The notes below the pieces were generated by a model. It worked only from the letters and a program-made list of their open reading frames with translations. It ran no database searches and was not told the origin of the DNA. The position numbers were made by a program, and so were the translations under genes. A DNA stretch of 64,000 nucleotides from an uncultured Candidatus Rokubacteria bacterium. GTDB lineage: Bacteria; Methylomirabilota; Methylomirabilia; Rokubacteriales; CSP1-6. The stretch lies in the NCBI GenBank assembly GCA_963771355.1, contig CAVYTA010000004.1, positions 192,001 to 256,000 on the forward strand. The letters run 5' to 3'. Positions 47,148 through 55,586 of the stretch are shown piece by piece. Each line of letters begins with the position of its first letter. The stretch's first letter is position 1.

Positions 47148-48179
47148 ATGCGGATCGGCATCATCGGCGCGGGCGCCATCGGCAGCGTGGTGGGCGGGCT
47201 CCTCACCAAGGCGGGCAACGACGTGACCCTGGCCGATCAGTGGCCGGAGCACGTCGAGCAGATGCGCACCCACGGCCTGCGCCTCTCCGGCACCTGCGGC
47301 GACCATCTGATTCCCGTGAACGCCATCCACATCCACGAGCTGCAGAAGATCAGCGAGCCCTTCGAGGCGGCCTTCGTGGCGGTGAAGTCCTACGACACCG
47401 AGTGGGCCACCGCGCTCGCCATCCAGTACCTCCGCCGGCCCGACGGCGTGGTGGTGGACTTCCAGAACGGCATCAACGACCACCGCGTGGCCGCGGTGGC
47501 GGGCAAGGAGCGCACGCTCGGCTGCGTCATCACCATCGGCGCGGGCATGTACGAGCCCGGGCACGCCATGCGCACCGACAATGGCAGCGTCGGCTTCAAG
47601 ATCGGTGAGCTGGACGGCAAGGACACCCCGCGCGCGCAGCACCTGGCCAAAGTGCTCAGCGCGGTGGCCGCCACCAAGGTGACGACCAACCTCTTCGGCG
47701 AGCGCTGGTCCAAGCTGGCCGTCAACTGCATGGCCAATCCGATCGCGGGGCTGTCCGGCCTGGGCTCGGCGGAGGTGCGCAGCGAGCCTGTCCCCAGCCG
47801 CATCGCCATCTTCGTGGCCGCGGAGGCCATCCGCGTGGGCCGCGCCGCCGGCTACGAGGTGGAGCCCATCTTCGGCGTCGCCGCCCAGCGCTTCGTGGAC
47901 GCCGCCGCGGGGCACGGCTACGCCGAGCTGGCCGCGGACATGGCGGCCAGCGCGAAGTCCTTCTCCGGCGGCCGCCCGTCCCTCTTGCAGGACGTGATGC
48001 GCGGGCGGCGCACCGAGATCCAGTACCTGAACGGCTACGTCGCGGACGAGGGGCGGCGCCTCGGCGTGCCCACGCCGGTGAACGACGTGGTCGTCAAGAC
48101 CGTGCTCTCCTTCAAGGTGGGCGCGCTCAAGCCGGATCCCAAGAACCTGGAGCCCATCGCCGCCGTCCTGCCGCGCTGA
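47148..48179 (+). CDS. 2-dehydropantoate 2-reductase family protein
   Basis: GAGAIG, VKSYD, QNG, W.KL..N, SLLQD...GRRTE...NG. Confidence 0.88.
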   Translation: MRIGIIGAGAIGSVVGGLLTKAGNDVTLADQWPEHVEQMRTHGLRLSGTCGDHLIPVNAIHIHELQKISEPFEAAFVAVKSYDTEWATALAIQYLRRPDGVVVDFQNGINDHRVAAVAGKERTLGCVITIGAGMYEPGHAMRTDNGSVGFKIGELDGKDTPRAQHLAKVLSAVAATKVTTNLFGERWSKLAVNCMANPIAGLSGLGSAEVRSEPVPSRIAIFVAAEAIRVGRAAGYEVEPIFGVAAQRFVDAAAGHGYAELAADMAASAKSFSGGRPSLLQDVMRGRRTEIQYLNGYVADEGRRLGVPTPVNDVVVKTVLSFKVGALKPDPKNLEPIAAVLPR

Positions 48180-48203
48180 ATCCGCTTCCATGGAGGATCT
48201 TGC

Positions 48204-48497
48204 ATGTGCCGCAACATCAAGACGCTGCACAATTTCAAGCCGCCGGCCACGGATGAGGAGATCCGCGCGTCGTCGCTTCAGTTCGTCCGGAAGCTGAGCG
48301 GCTTCGCGCGGCCGTCCAAGGCCAACGAGGCCGCCTTTGCCCAGGGGGTGGACGAGGTGACACGGGCGGCCCGGACCCTGCTCGGCGCGCTGGTCACTAA
48401 CTCCCCGCCGCGCGATCGTGAGGTTGAAGCGTCGAAGGCCCGCGCGAGAACGGCGGGCCGCTTTCCCGCGCGGGAGTCGGGAGCGAGTTCCGACTGA
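48204..48497 (+). CDS. DUF2277 family protein
   Basis: MCRNIKTL.NF.PPAT.EEI.A..LQFVRK.SG. Confidence 0.88.
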   Translation: MCRNIKTLHNFKPPATDEEIRASSLQFVRKLSGFARPSKANEAAFAQGVDEVTRAARTLLGALVTNSPPRDREVEASKARARTAGRFPARESGASSD

Positions 48498-48569
48498 CGC
48501 CGCAGCACTAGCAAGGGAACGCCATGAGGGCACGTCCTGCCGCGCTGACGGGCGTGTCTCCAGGGAGAG

Positions 48570-48637
48570 ATCTACACCCCGTCCTCAACCGCGGCCCCGC
48601 CGGCGTCCGCAGCCCCGCCGACCGCATAGGCCTCTGA
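48570..48637 (+). pseudogene. intI: Integron integrase C-terminal remnant
   Basis: ATC TAC ACC CC GTC CTC AAC CGC GGC CCC GCC GGC GTC CGC AGC CCC GCC GAC CGC ATA GGC CTC TGA = IYT[H, 1 nt short]VLNRGPAGVRSPADRIGL*, matching the IntI tail IYTHVLNRG..GV.SP.D; the rest of the gene is absent. Confidence 0.85.
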
Positions 48638-48799
48638 CCCTTCCCCCATGCCCGCAGTCTCCGCCGCGCTACACTGGTCCGCCTATCCCCGCCCGCCCCA
48701 CCCCCAGAGTCCAGCCAACTACGCACCACCTGGGCTATCCTTGAAGATAAGGAGACCACCCCAGCGATGCTACACAGCCCCCCTCGCTCGGTCCCCCGC

Positions 48800-48830
48800 G
48801 CTACACAGACCAAGATAATTCTAGTTGGGC
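48800..48830 (+). other. attI: Putative attI site
   Basis: AAGATAA-TTCTA-GTTGGGC; core GTTGGGC (48824-48830) is the exact reverse complement of the first attC inverse core GCCCAAC, with no attC hairpin upstream. Confidence 0.72.
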
Positions 48831-48879
48831 GGGCTATGAGCAAGGCTGGCGATGGTCTCGTGCACGTAAGGCAGCGTAT

Positions 48880-49854
48880 ATGACAGTTTGTCGGCTGGTC
48901 GTCGCGTTGTTGCTGCTTCTCCTCCCGTGTTCCGCCGGAGCCCAGCAAGCCACGAGGATTCCACGCATTGGCGTTCTCAGCCCGGCGCCGATCGGGGCGG
49001 CCTCGGCGTCCCCGTTCTCCGCCCTTCGGGACAAGCTGCGTGAGCTTGGTTACATCGAGGGCCAGAATATAGCGCTGGAGTTCCGCCTCGCAGATGGTCA
49101 CCTCAACCGGTTGCCCGAACTCGCCGCAGATCTCGTCCGCCTACGAGTCGACGTCATCGTGACCGACGGTGGGGATTCCGTGGCTCGTGTCGCTGCGGCT
49201 GCCACCAAGACCATTCCGATCGTGATGGGGACCTCGACTGATCCCGTGGCGAGTGGCCTGGTGGCCAGCATCGCCCAGCCAGGCGGCAACGTCACCGGAT
49301 TCATGCTCCCGTACGCGGACCTCGCAGGAAGACGGTTGCAGCTCCTCAAGGAGATGGTCCCAACCGTCAGCCGCGTAGCTGTCTTGTGGGATGCGGACTC
49401 CGGCGAGCCCCAGCTCCGTGCCGCGGCTGCCGCAGCACCGGCGCTCGGCCTCCACCTCGAGTCCCTGCCGGTGCGCGACCGCGCAGATCTCGACACCGCG
49501 TTCGAAAAGGCCCGTCGCCAGGGCGCCGGGGCCCTGCTGCAGTTGGCCTCGCGGCGGCTGTCCGACAACAGGAAGGCGATCGCCGAACGCGTGCTCAGAT
49601 ATCGACTTCCCGGTGTGTTCGAGCTCGGATTCGCCGAAACTGGTGTCCTCGCCTCCTATGGACCGAGGACCGCGGACAACTTCAGCCGGGCCGCCCTCTA
49701 CGTCGACAGGATCCTGAAGGGCGCGCGCCCCGGCGACCTTCCGGTGCAGTATCCCCTCACGTACTACCTGGAGATCAATCTCCGAACCGCCAAATCTCTC
49801 GGGCTCACGATGCCGCCCTCGGTACTGCTGCAGGCAACGCGGGTCATCGAGTGA
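48880..49854 (+). CDS. Cassette 1: ABC transporter substrate-binding protein (ABC_sub_bind type)
   Basis: Signal peptide, RIG.L, GY.EG.N...E.R.A.G, DPV..GLVAS...PGGN.TG, IL.GA.P.DLPV, INL.TAK.LGL. Confidence 0.9.
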   Translation: MTVCRLVVALLLLLLPCSAGAQQATRIPRIGVLSPAPIGAASASPFSALRDKLRELGYIEGQNIALEFRLADGHLNRLPELAADLVRLRVDVIVTDGGDSVARVAAAATKTIPIVMGTSTDPVASGLVASIAQPGGNVTGFMLPYADLAGRRLQLLKEMVPTVSRVAVLWDADSGEPQLRAAAAAAPALGLHLESLPVRDRADLDTAFEKARRQGAGALLQLASRRLSDNRKAIAERVLRYRLPGVFELGFAETGVLASYGPRTADNFSRAALYVDRILKGARPGDLPVQYPLTYYLEINLRTAKSLGLTMPPSVLLQATRVIE

Positions 49855-49897
49855 CGCCGCCGTGAAGGGTGTGCCGAGCCAATGCGACGAATCAGCC

Positions 49898-49955
49898 GCC
49901 CAACTCCTGCATTCAGCCGACGCGCTATCGCGCGCGGCTGATGCGGGCGTTGGAC
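49898..49955 (+). repeat. attC: attC site 1
   Basis: GCCCAAC...GCA(T)TCAGCCG(A)CGCG / CGCGCGGCTGATGC...GTTGGAC, two extrahelical bases. Confidence 0.92.
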
Positions 49956-49976
49956 GACAACAATAGGTAAACAACG

Positions 49977-50603
49977 TTGAAGCTCCCACCCTTGCCAATC
50001 TTGTCCGACCTGGACGGCACGCTGATTGATTCGAAGGCCTCTGTGGTTGCCGCCTTCCGGTGGTGGGCGGAATCGAAAGGTCTTCCTGCCGATACCGCCT
50101 CGCGCATTCCGTTTGGAAGAACATCAACGGACGCGGCGGCGGTACTTGCGCCACACCTAGATCACATCAAGGAAGGCGCCCTACTTGATCAACGGCAGGA
50201 GCAAGACACCGCCGGCGTCATTGCGCTGGACGGCGCAAGCGAACTCCTTTCATCGCACGACAACTTGGCCATCGTTACGTCCTGTCCACGCCGTCTTGCG
50301 GAAGCTCGGCTGAAAGCAGCGAAGCTACCGACGCCTCGCTTCCTCATCACGCCGGAATGCTGGTCTCGCGGCAAGCCTGACCCTGAGCCCTACTTGCGAG
50401 GAGCGCAGGCGCTTGGTACTGCACCTGAGGCGTGCATCGTGCTGGAGGATGCGCCGTCCGGGGTTGAATCTGGAGTCAGGGCAGGAATGCGAGTCATAGG
50501 AATACTTACAACTCACACGGCGCAGCAACTCTCGGCCGCAACGTGCCTCATCAAGTCCCTGCGTGAGCTTCCAGATGCTTTGCGGTCCGTAAGCAATCAG
50601 TGA
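49977..50603 (+). CDS. Cassette: HAD family hydrolase
   Basis: DLDGTL.DS, GKPDPEPY, EDAPSG. Confidence 0.9.
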   Translation: MKLPPLPILSDLDGTLIDSKASVVAAFRWWAESKGLPADTASRIPFGRTSTDAAAVLAPHLDHIKEGALLDQRQEQDTAGVIALDGASELLSSHDNLAIVTSCPRRLAEARLKAAKLPTPRFLITPECWSRGKPDPEPYLRGAQALGTAPEACIVLEDAPSGVESGVRAGMRVIGILTTHTAQQLSAATCLIKSLRELPDALRSVSNQ

Positions 50604-50610
50604 AGTTGTC

Positions 50611-50706
50611 GTCCAACCCATCGCTGCAGCGGACGGTCCCGCCTTCGGCGGTCCTTCCCTCCGCGCGCTTCGCGCGCGTCGGCGCCGCTGAGCTTAGTCG
50701 TTAGGC
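50611..50706 (+). repeat. attC: attC site 2
   Basis: GTCCAAC...GCT(G)CAGCGG / CCGCTGAGC...GTTAGGC. Confidence 0.92.
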
Positions 50707-50709
50707 GTC

Positions 50710-51009
50710 ATGACGCCAATTACTCCAGCAGTCTCGCAGAAGATCGATGCACTCTTTCTGCCAGAGAGCAGAGACGCAGCGCGGCGACTGCTCGCGGAGC
50801 GGTGCGGGACTGACCTTCCCCTTTCGACTCACATGGGACCCGATCCTTCCGGCTTTGACCGCGTTCGCTTTGCAGTCCTGAAGCTGTCACGCGGGGACTT
50901 GGAGCGGCTGCGGCGAGAGATAGAGGGCGCGCACTGCGACTGGCGTGACACTTTGATGGCGGCTGGGTTCGGCGAGGACATTCATGCACATTTGCAATGG
51001 AACCCTTGA
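50710..51009 (+). CDS. Cassette: hypothetical protein
   Basis: ORF fills the space between attC2 and attC3; R.RFA.LKLS.G, DWRD.L.AAGF. Confidence 0.8.
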   Translation: MTPITPAVSQKIDALFLPESRDAARRLLAERCGTDLPLSTHMGPDPSGFDRVRFAVLKLSRGDLERLRREIEGAHCDWRDTLMAAGFGEDIHAHLQWNP

Positions 51010-51010
51010 T

Positions 51011-51102
51011 GCCTAACCATGCGCTCAGCGAACCCGGCCATCGCGCTCTGGTGGCAATCCACGCCTCCCGTGGGCCGGGTCGCTGAGCTTGGGTCGTTAG
51101 GC
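51011..51102 (+). repeat. attC: attC site 3
   Basis: GCCTAAC...GCTCAGCGA(A)CCCGGCC / GGCCGGGTCGCTGAGC...GTTAGGC. Confidence 0.92.
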
Positions 51103-51122
51103 GCAACAACGAGGAGACTTGC

Positions 51123-51527
51123 ATGTCGCAGGAAGAGAACAAAGCGATCGTGCGGCGATTCTTCGAGGAAGCGTGGAATCAGCAGAACTTGAACGTCATC
51201 GATGAGATCTTCGCTCCGACCGTAGTGTTCAACGGGCAGCCGATCACTCGCGACGCGCTCAAGCAGGCTCTCGCAGGTCGCCGTACCGCGTTCCCCGATA
51301 TCCAGGTTACGGTTGACGATCAGATCGCCGAGGGCGAGAAGGTGTCGACACGCCGGACGTGGCAAGCCACTCACCGGGGTCAGTATCGCGGGATTGCCCC
51401 GACTGGTAAGCAGGTGAAATGGACCCAGATCAGTGTCGTTCGATTTTCCCAGGGCCGGATCGTGGAGGATTGGGCCGTCGCCGACGAGTTGGGCATACTG
51501 CAGCAGCTGGGAGCGTTGCCCACGTGA
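51123..51527 (+). CDS. Cassette: SnoaL-like ester cyclase
   Basis: ENKAIVRRF.EE.WN, AFPD, IAEG.KV, GI.PTGK, QQLG; GAGGAG RBS. Confidence 0.88.
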   Translation: MSQEENKAIVRRFFEEAWNQQNLNVIDEIFAPTVVFNGQPITRDALKQALAGRRTAFPDIQVTVDDQIAEGEKVSTRRTWQATHRGQYRGIAPTGKQVKWTQISVVRFSQGRIVEDWAVADELGILQQLGALPT

Positions 51528-51559
51528 CGAGTGCTTGCGAAGGACGCGGCAGCCTCGGT

Positions 51560-51630
51560 GTCCAACACAGCAGTGCAGCGGACGGCGCGCTCACGTTGCT
51601 CGCCCGCCGCCGCTGACCGCAGCGTTAGGC
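51560..51630 (+). repeat. attC: attC site 4
   Basis: GTCCAAC...GT(G)CAGCGG(A)CGGCG / CGCCGCCGCTGAC...GTTAGGC. Confidence 0.92.
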
Positions 51631-51652
51631 CGACTCGCCCGATTTCGCAGAC

Positions 51653-51904
51653 TTGATGAGCACTCAAGAGGGGCTCCGTGTCATTGCCACGCTCATCGGC
51701 GGTGGCTTCCTCGCATACGCTGCTATAGCCGTCTTTAGAGGAACGCTGTATGACGTGGACGACGGGCATGTCGACCGGGCTACACGGCCAGTCACTTTCT
51801 GGCTGTTAGTGTTCGGCATGACCCTCCTCGGGTTAGTTATCCTGGGTGTCGGCTGGGAGTGGCCGATCGTGGGCACCATAGTCCGGACGATGGGCACCTC
51901 CTGA
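51653..51904 (+). CDS. Cassette: small two-TM membrane protein
   Basis: Two hydrophobic helices, R...P..FW motif; bounded by attC4 and attC5. Confidence 0.72.
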   Translation: MMSTQEGLRVIATLIGGGFLAYAAIAVFRGTLYDVDDGHVDRATRPVTFWLLVFGMTLLGLVILGVGWEWPIVGTIVRTMGTS

Positions 51905-51940
51905 CCAAGGTTGTCCATGCCACAACCTGAAGCGCATCGT

Positions 51941-52042
51941 GCCTAACAACGTGGGTGCAGAGGACACCGGGCGCGCCACGGTTTGGCGAATCTTCTGGGA
52001 TGCGGCGCCGCCCCCGGCGCCTCTGACCTACCTTCGTTAGAC
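51941..52042 (+). repeat. attC: attC site 5
   Basis: GCCTAAC...GGT(G)CAGAGG / CCTCTGACC...GTTAGAC. Confidence 0.9.
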
Positions 52043-52059
52043 GGATAGAGGAAGAGAGA

Positions 52060-52626
52060 GTGTGGCGACCGAGTAGACTGGGCAGCATCATCGCGGAACG
52101 TCGGCTGAGGCTAGTGCGGCGCCGGAAACGGGCCCGCACTGTCCGCGTCAGATTCGGTCGCCCGCTCAGGTCCCCACAAGCCGAACGTAAGGATCCGTGG
52201 TGGTGCCCCGTCGAAATCGCCGGCTTGGGCAGGCGTAGGCTGAGGTCGATTGCCGGTGAAGATTCCCTCCAAGCGCTTGTCCTGGCGTTCCAGTTCGTCA
52301 CTCTCACTCTCCCTGCGGAGGCAGAGCGTGCTGGTGGCCGTATCGAATGGCTGGGCGAACGTGAGAGTCTGGTGTTTGCACACACGCGCTTGCTCAACAT
52401 GGCGAGCGACGCCTTAGAGAATCTCGCGAGTGGGCTCACGGAGGCGGTCGGCATTCTGGAGAATGGCGGAGCCCGTCGTCCCGGCGCGAGGGCGGTTGTT
52501 CGCCGGTTGAGGGCGCTCATTGCGTCAGGTGGCTACACCTCCGATCATCGGCGTGTCTCGGCACCGTCCAACAGCGCGTTGGAGGCGGACGCGCCGCGAC
52601 GGCGCTCCACTCAACGCGGACGTTAA
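52060..52626 (+). CDS. Cassette: hypothetical protein (DUF6968-like); reads through attC6
   Basis: IAER.L, W.CP..I.G, GEDSLQAL.LA. Confidence 0.68.
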   Translation: MWRPSRLGSIIAERRLRLVRRRKRARTVRVRFGRPLRSPQAERKDPWWCPVEIAGLGRRRLRSIAGEDSLQALVLAFQFVTLTLPAEAERAGGRIEWLGERESLVFAHTRLLNMASDALENLASGLTEAVGILENGGARRPGARAVVRRLRALIASGGYTSDHRRVSAPSNSALEADAPRRRSTQRGR

Positions 52627-52628
52627 GC
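52566..52628 (+). repeat. attC: attC site 6
   Basis: GTCCAAC...GTT(G)GAG..GCGCCG / CGGCGC..CTCAAC...GTTAAGC. Confidence 0.85.
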
Positions 52629-52646
52629 GTCAATCTGGATCGAGGT

Positions 52647-53315
52647 GTGAAGATGACACGAATACGAGTCGAGAGTTTTGCCATCTCACTTGACGGATAC
52701 GGAGCTGGTCCGAATCAAGACATCAATAATCCGCTTGGTGCGGGCGGGACTGAGTTGCACCAATGGGCATTTCCGACGCGCACATTCCAGCGGAAACTCT
52801 TTGGCGCCGACAGCGGCGCTACGGGGATCAATGACGACTTCGCCGCACGTGGCTTCAGGAACGTCGGTGCATGGATTCTCGGAAGGAACATGTTCGGACC
52901 GGTTCGCGGAGCCTGGCCGGACATGAACTGGAAAGGTTGGTGGGGGGACAATCCGCCATACCATGTTCCAGTCTTCGTCCTGACTCATCACGCCCGCCCG
53001 CCTATTCAGATGGAAGGCGATACCACGTTCCATTTCGTCACGGACGGCATTCACGAAGCGCTGGATCGGGCGCGGAAGGCAGCCAACGGGATGGATGTGC
53101 GCATTGGCGGTGGGCCCCACACCATACAGCAGTACCTTCGTGCTGGCCTCGTGGATGAGTTGCATATCGCTATCGCGCCCATCCTGCTAGGTGGAGGAGA
53201 GCGACTGTTCGAGGGAGTCGACTTGCGATCTCTTGGATACAGCTGCGTCGAGCACGTGCCCTCAGAGAAGGCAACCCATGTTGTGCTCCGGCGCCGGGGT
53301 CAGAGTGACGCCTAA
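52647..53315 (+). CDS. Cassette: dihydrofolate reductase/RibD C-terminal family protein
   Basis: SLDGY.AGP, GRNMF, PVFVLTH, GLVDEL.I...P..LG.GERLF; stop lies in the GCCTAAC inverse core. Confidence 0.88.
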   Translation: MKMTRIRVESFAISLDGYGAGPNQDINNPLGAGGTELHQWAFPTRTFQRKLFGADSGATGINDDFAARGFRNVGAWILGRNMFGPVRGAWPDMNWKGWWGDNPPYHVPVFVLTHHARPPIQMEGDTTFHFVTDGIHEALDRARKAANGMDVRIGGGPHTIQQYLRAGLVDELHIAIAPILLGGGERLFEGVDLRSLGYSCVEHVPSEKATHVVLRRRGQSDA

Positions 53316-53371
53316 CAACCGGTTGCACGGAGGGCGCTCCGCGCCGCCGCTGAGTGGGGGGTCGGTGAGGC
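53310..53371 (+). repeat. attC: attC site 7 (degenerate, core GTGAGGC)
   Basis: GCCTAAC intact, partial stem, GTT mutated to GTG. Confidence 0.7.
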
Positions 53372-53394
53372 GAGAAGGAACGGCGAGAGGAGTC

Positions 53395-54384
53395 GTGTCA
53401 GGGTCCTGGGTCGGGCCCTTCGTTCTCGCCCTTTTGATGCTGGCCGTCCCCCTCGCCGTAGGAGCGCAGCCGACGGGGAAGGTGGCCCGCATCGGCATCT
53501 TCGGGGACAAGGCGGCGGACGCCTCCGAGAAGCATCTCTGGCAGGTCTTCCGCGACGGCCTGCGCGAGCACGGATGGTCCGAGGGCGCCAACCTCGCCAT
53601 CGAATACCGGTGGGCCGAGGGTAATGCCGCGCGGCTTCCGGAGCTGGCGGCGCAGCTGGTCCGGCTCAAGCCGGATGTGATCGTGACGCGGGGCTCGCTG
53701 TTCACCGGCGCCCTGAAGGCCGCGACATCCTCCATTCCCATCGTGTTCGTCGGCCACGCGGATCCTGTGGAGACCGGCCACGTCGCGAGCCTCGCCAGGC
53801 CGGGCGGAAACATCACCGGGATGGCGGTGCTCCAGACCGAGCTCGGCCCCAAGGGCCTAGAGCTCCTGCACGCCGTCGTCCCCTCGGCCACGCGTGTCGC
53901 CGTGCTGTGGCACCAGGGCACTCCGTCAGCCGTGCCCGGGCTCAAGGCGCTGGAGGGTCCAGCGCGAACGCTCGGCCTCAAGCTGCAGCCCGTCGGGGCG
54001 CGGAGCGCCGGTGAGCTGGAAAGCGCCTTCGCGACCATGGCCAAAGCTGGCGCGGAAGCCGCGCTGGTCTTCAACACCGTCCCGTTCAACAACGCGAGGG
54101 GGCGCATCGTGGAGCTAGCCGGCGCGCATCGGCTGCCGACGATGTACCAGGGAAGGCTCTTCATAGAGGCCGGCGGTCTGATGAGCTACTACCCGAAACA
54201 CGAGGACTTCTGGCGGCGTTCCGCCGCGTACGCGGACAAGATCCTCAGGGGCGCGAAGCCGGCCGACCTCCCGGTCGAGCAGCCGACGAAGTTCGAGCTG
54301 ATCATCAATCTCAAGACCGCCAAAGCGCTTGGCCTCACGATCCCGCAACCGGTGTTGGCTCGCGCCGATGAGGTCATCGAATGA
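53395..54384 (+). CDS. Cassette slot: second ABC transporter substrate-binding protein
   Basis: Signal peptide, PGGNITG, DKIL.GAKPADLPVEQPTKFEL.INLKTAKALGLTIP..ADEVIE; start estimated. Confidence 0.9.
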   Translation: MSGSWVGPFVLALLMLAVPLAVGAQPTGKVARIGIFGDKAADASEKHLWQVFRDGLREHGWSEGANLAIEYRWAEGNAARLPELAAQLVRLKPDVIVTRGSLFTGALKAATSSIPIVFVGHADPVETGHVASLARPGGNITGMAVLQTELGPKGLELLHAVVPSATRVAVLWHQGTPSAVPGLKALEGPARTLGLKLQPVGARSAGELESAFATMAKAGAEAALVFNTVPFNNARGRIVELAGAHRLPTMYQGRLFIEAGGLMSYYPKHEDFWRRSAAYADKILRGAKPADLPVEQPTKFELIINLKTAKALGLTIPQPVLARADEVIE

Positions 54385-54432
54385 GCGCGACCGATAAGCA
54401 TGCGATCCCAGCTTGCGTCGACATATTCGGGC

Positions 54433-54505
54433 GTCGAACTTCCCGCTGCAGCGGACCGGAGGCTCGCGTTGCTCGCCCTCCGGCCGCTGAGCGCGAGCGT
54501 TAGCC
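54433..54505 (+). repeat. attC: attC site 8
   Basis: GTCGAAC...GCT(G)CAGCGG(A)CCGGAGG / CCTCCGGCCGCTGAGC...GTTAGCC. Confidence 0.88.
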
Positions 54506-54510
54506 AGCGC

Positions 54511-54837
54511 ATGGAATCATCGAACACGCTCTTCGCCGTCGTTCGCGTGCGTGGCGCGGCCTGGGAGCCGGCCCGTCAAATGCGCGAACAGCGCGCTTGG
54601 CAAGAACATGCTGCGTTCATGAATGCCCTCGCGGCCAACCGATTCATCGTCTTAGGTGGCCCGCTCGGCGACGGGCAACGCGTGCTCCTCATTGTCGAGT
54701 CAAACTCCGAGGCCACGGTTTGCAGTCGCCTTGCACTCGATCCTTGGTCAACAATGGACCTCTTGCGCATTGAGAGCGTCCATCCGTGGAGAGTTCTTCT
54801 TGACCGCAATTCCACGAATCAGCCGCATGGTGGCTAA
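54511..54837 (+). CDS. Cassette: YciI-like protein
   Basis: W.EHAAFM..L...GGPL, L..DPW; ATG 5 nt after attC8, stop inside GGCTAAC. Confidence 0.78.
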   Translation: MESSNTLFAVVRVRGAAWEPARQMREQRAWQEHAAFMNALAANRFIVLGGPLGDGQRVLLIVESNSEATVCSRLALDPWSTMDLLRIESVHPWRVLLDRNSTNQPHGG

Positions 54838-54910
54838 CCCTTCGTTACACCCGACCTCGCTACGGCTGGCTTCGCCAACCTCCGCGAGCGGGTGAACTCA
54901 AACGTTGGGT
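54832..54910 (+). repeat. attC: attC site 9
   Basis: GGCTAAC...GTT(A)CACCCG..CTCGC / GCGAGCGGGTGAAC...GTTGGGT. Confidence 0.9.
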
Positions 54911-54963
54911 CTCAACCGTCAGGAGCGTCGCGCTGCGACCAATCTGCGACTGAAAGGCGCCGA

Positions 54964-55566
54964 TTGCCGAAAGCAAAAACTCTCCTGCTGATCGCACTCT
55001 GCCTCGCGCTCGCCGGCGCGGCACGCGCGGAGGACTGGTCGGCGTGGCAGCGCGCCCACGATCCGGCGACGCGCACGCGCTTCATTCCCGTGGAACTCTG
55101 GACCGGCGCGCCTTGGGACGGCACGCAGGAGATCCGCATGGCGCCCGCGGCGCTCGAGTTCGGGCGGCAGGGAGACAAGAGCATCAAGGGGCCGACGACC
55201 TGGAACGGTATCCAGGTCTACGAGCGCCTGAACCGCGACAAGCTCCAGCTCTTCGCCATCCGCGACGACCGGACGGGCCTCGGTCGCGTTTTCGACTCGC
55301 GCTATCCGCAGCTCGGCTGCCGCGGCGAGGTGAAATTTCCGCTCGGCCGCTGGAAGCAGGGCGAGGTGCGCGAGTACCAGCTCGACTGCGCGCGCGGTAA
55401 GCGCCCGCTCAGAGTGGCGATCGAGGAGATCGACTTCGTCTACGACGGCGTGCCACACTCGCTGCGCTTCCACTGGCTCTTCATGGAAGGGCGCGGCCGC
55501 GGCACCGATATGCGCTACGTGTATAGCCCGCTGCGCGGGCTGGTCGACGTGCAGGGGAACGAGTAG
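54964..55566 (+). CDS. Cassette: exported hypothetical protein
   Basis: Signal peptide ending ARA-ED, two Cys; start estimated (TTG). Confidence 0.65.
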   Translation: MPKAKTLLLIALCLALAGAARAEDWSAWQRAHDPATRTRFIPVELWTGAPWDGTQEIRMAPAALEFGRQGDKSIKGPTTWNGIQVYERLNRDKLQLFAIRDDRTGLGRVFDSRYPQLGCRGEVKFPLGRWKQGEVREYQLDCARGKRPLRVAIEEIDFVYDGVPHSLRFHWLFMEGRGRGTDMRYVYSPLRGLVDVQGNE

Positions 55567-55586
55567 GCATAGGGGTTCGAAAGTCA

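Noticed and set aside
8383..47218. Very long alternative ORFs (8383-10638, 13017-15857, 18963-21086, 24076-26529, 37449-39815, 45380-47218, upstream part of 30986-34183)
   Set aside because: They are antisense or off-frame shadows of well-supported genes. High GC suppresses stops, and the products are Arg/Ala/Gly-rich with no motifs.
48524..48637. 37-aa ORF (MRARPAALTG...) as a new small protein
   Set aside because: Its second half is the intI tail brought into frame by the missing base, so it is better explained as deletion debris.
52647..53315. dfrA trimethoprim-resistance cassette
   Set aside because: Length and motifs fit the RibD C-terminal/DHFR-like family rather than DfrA.
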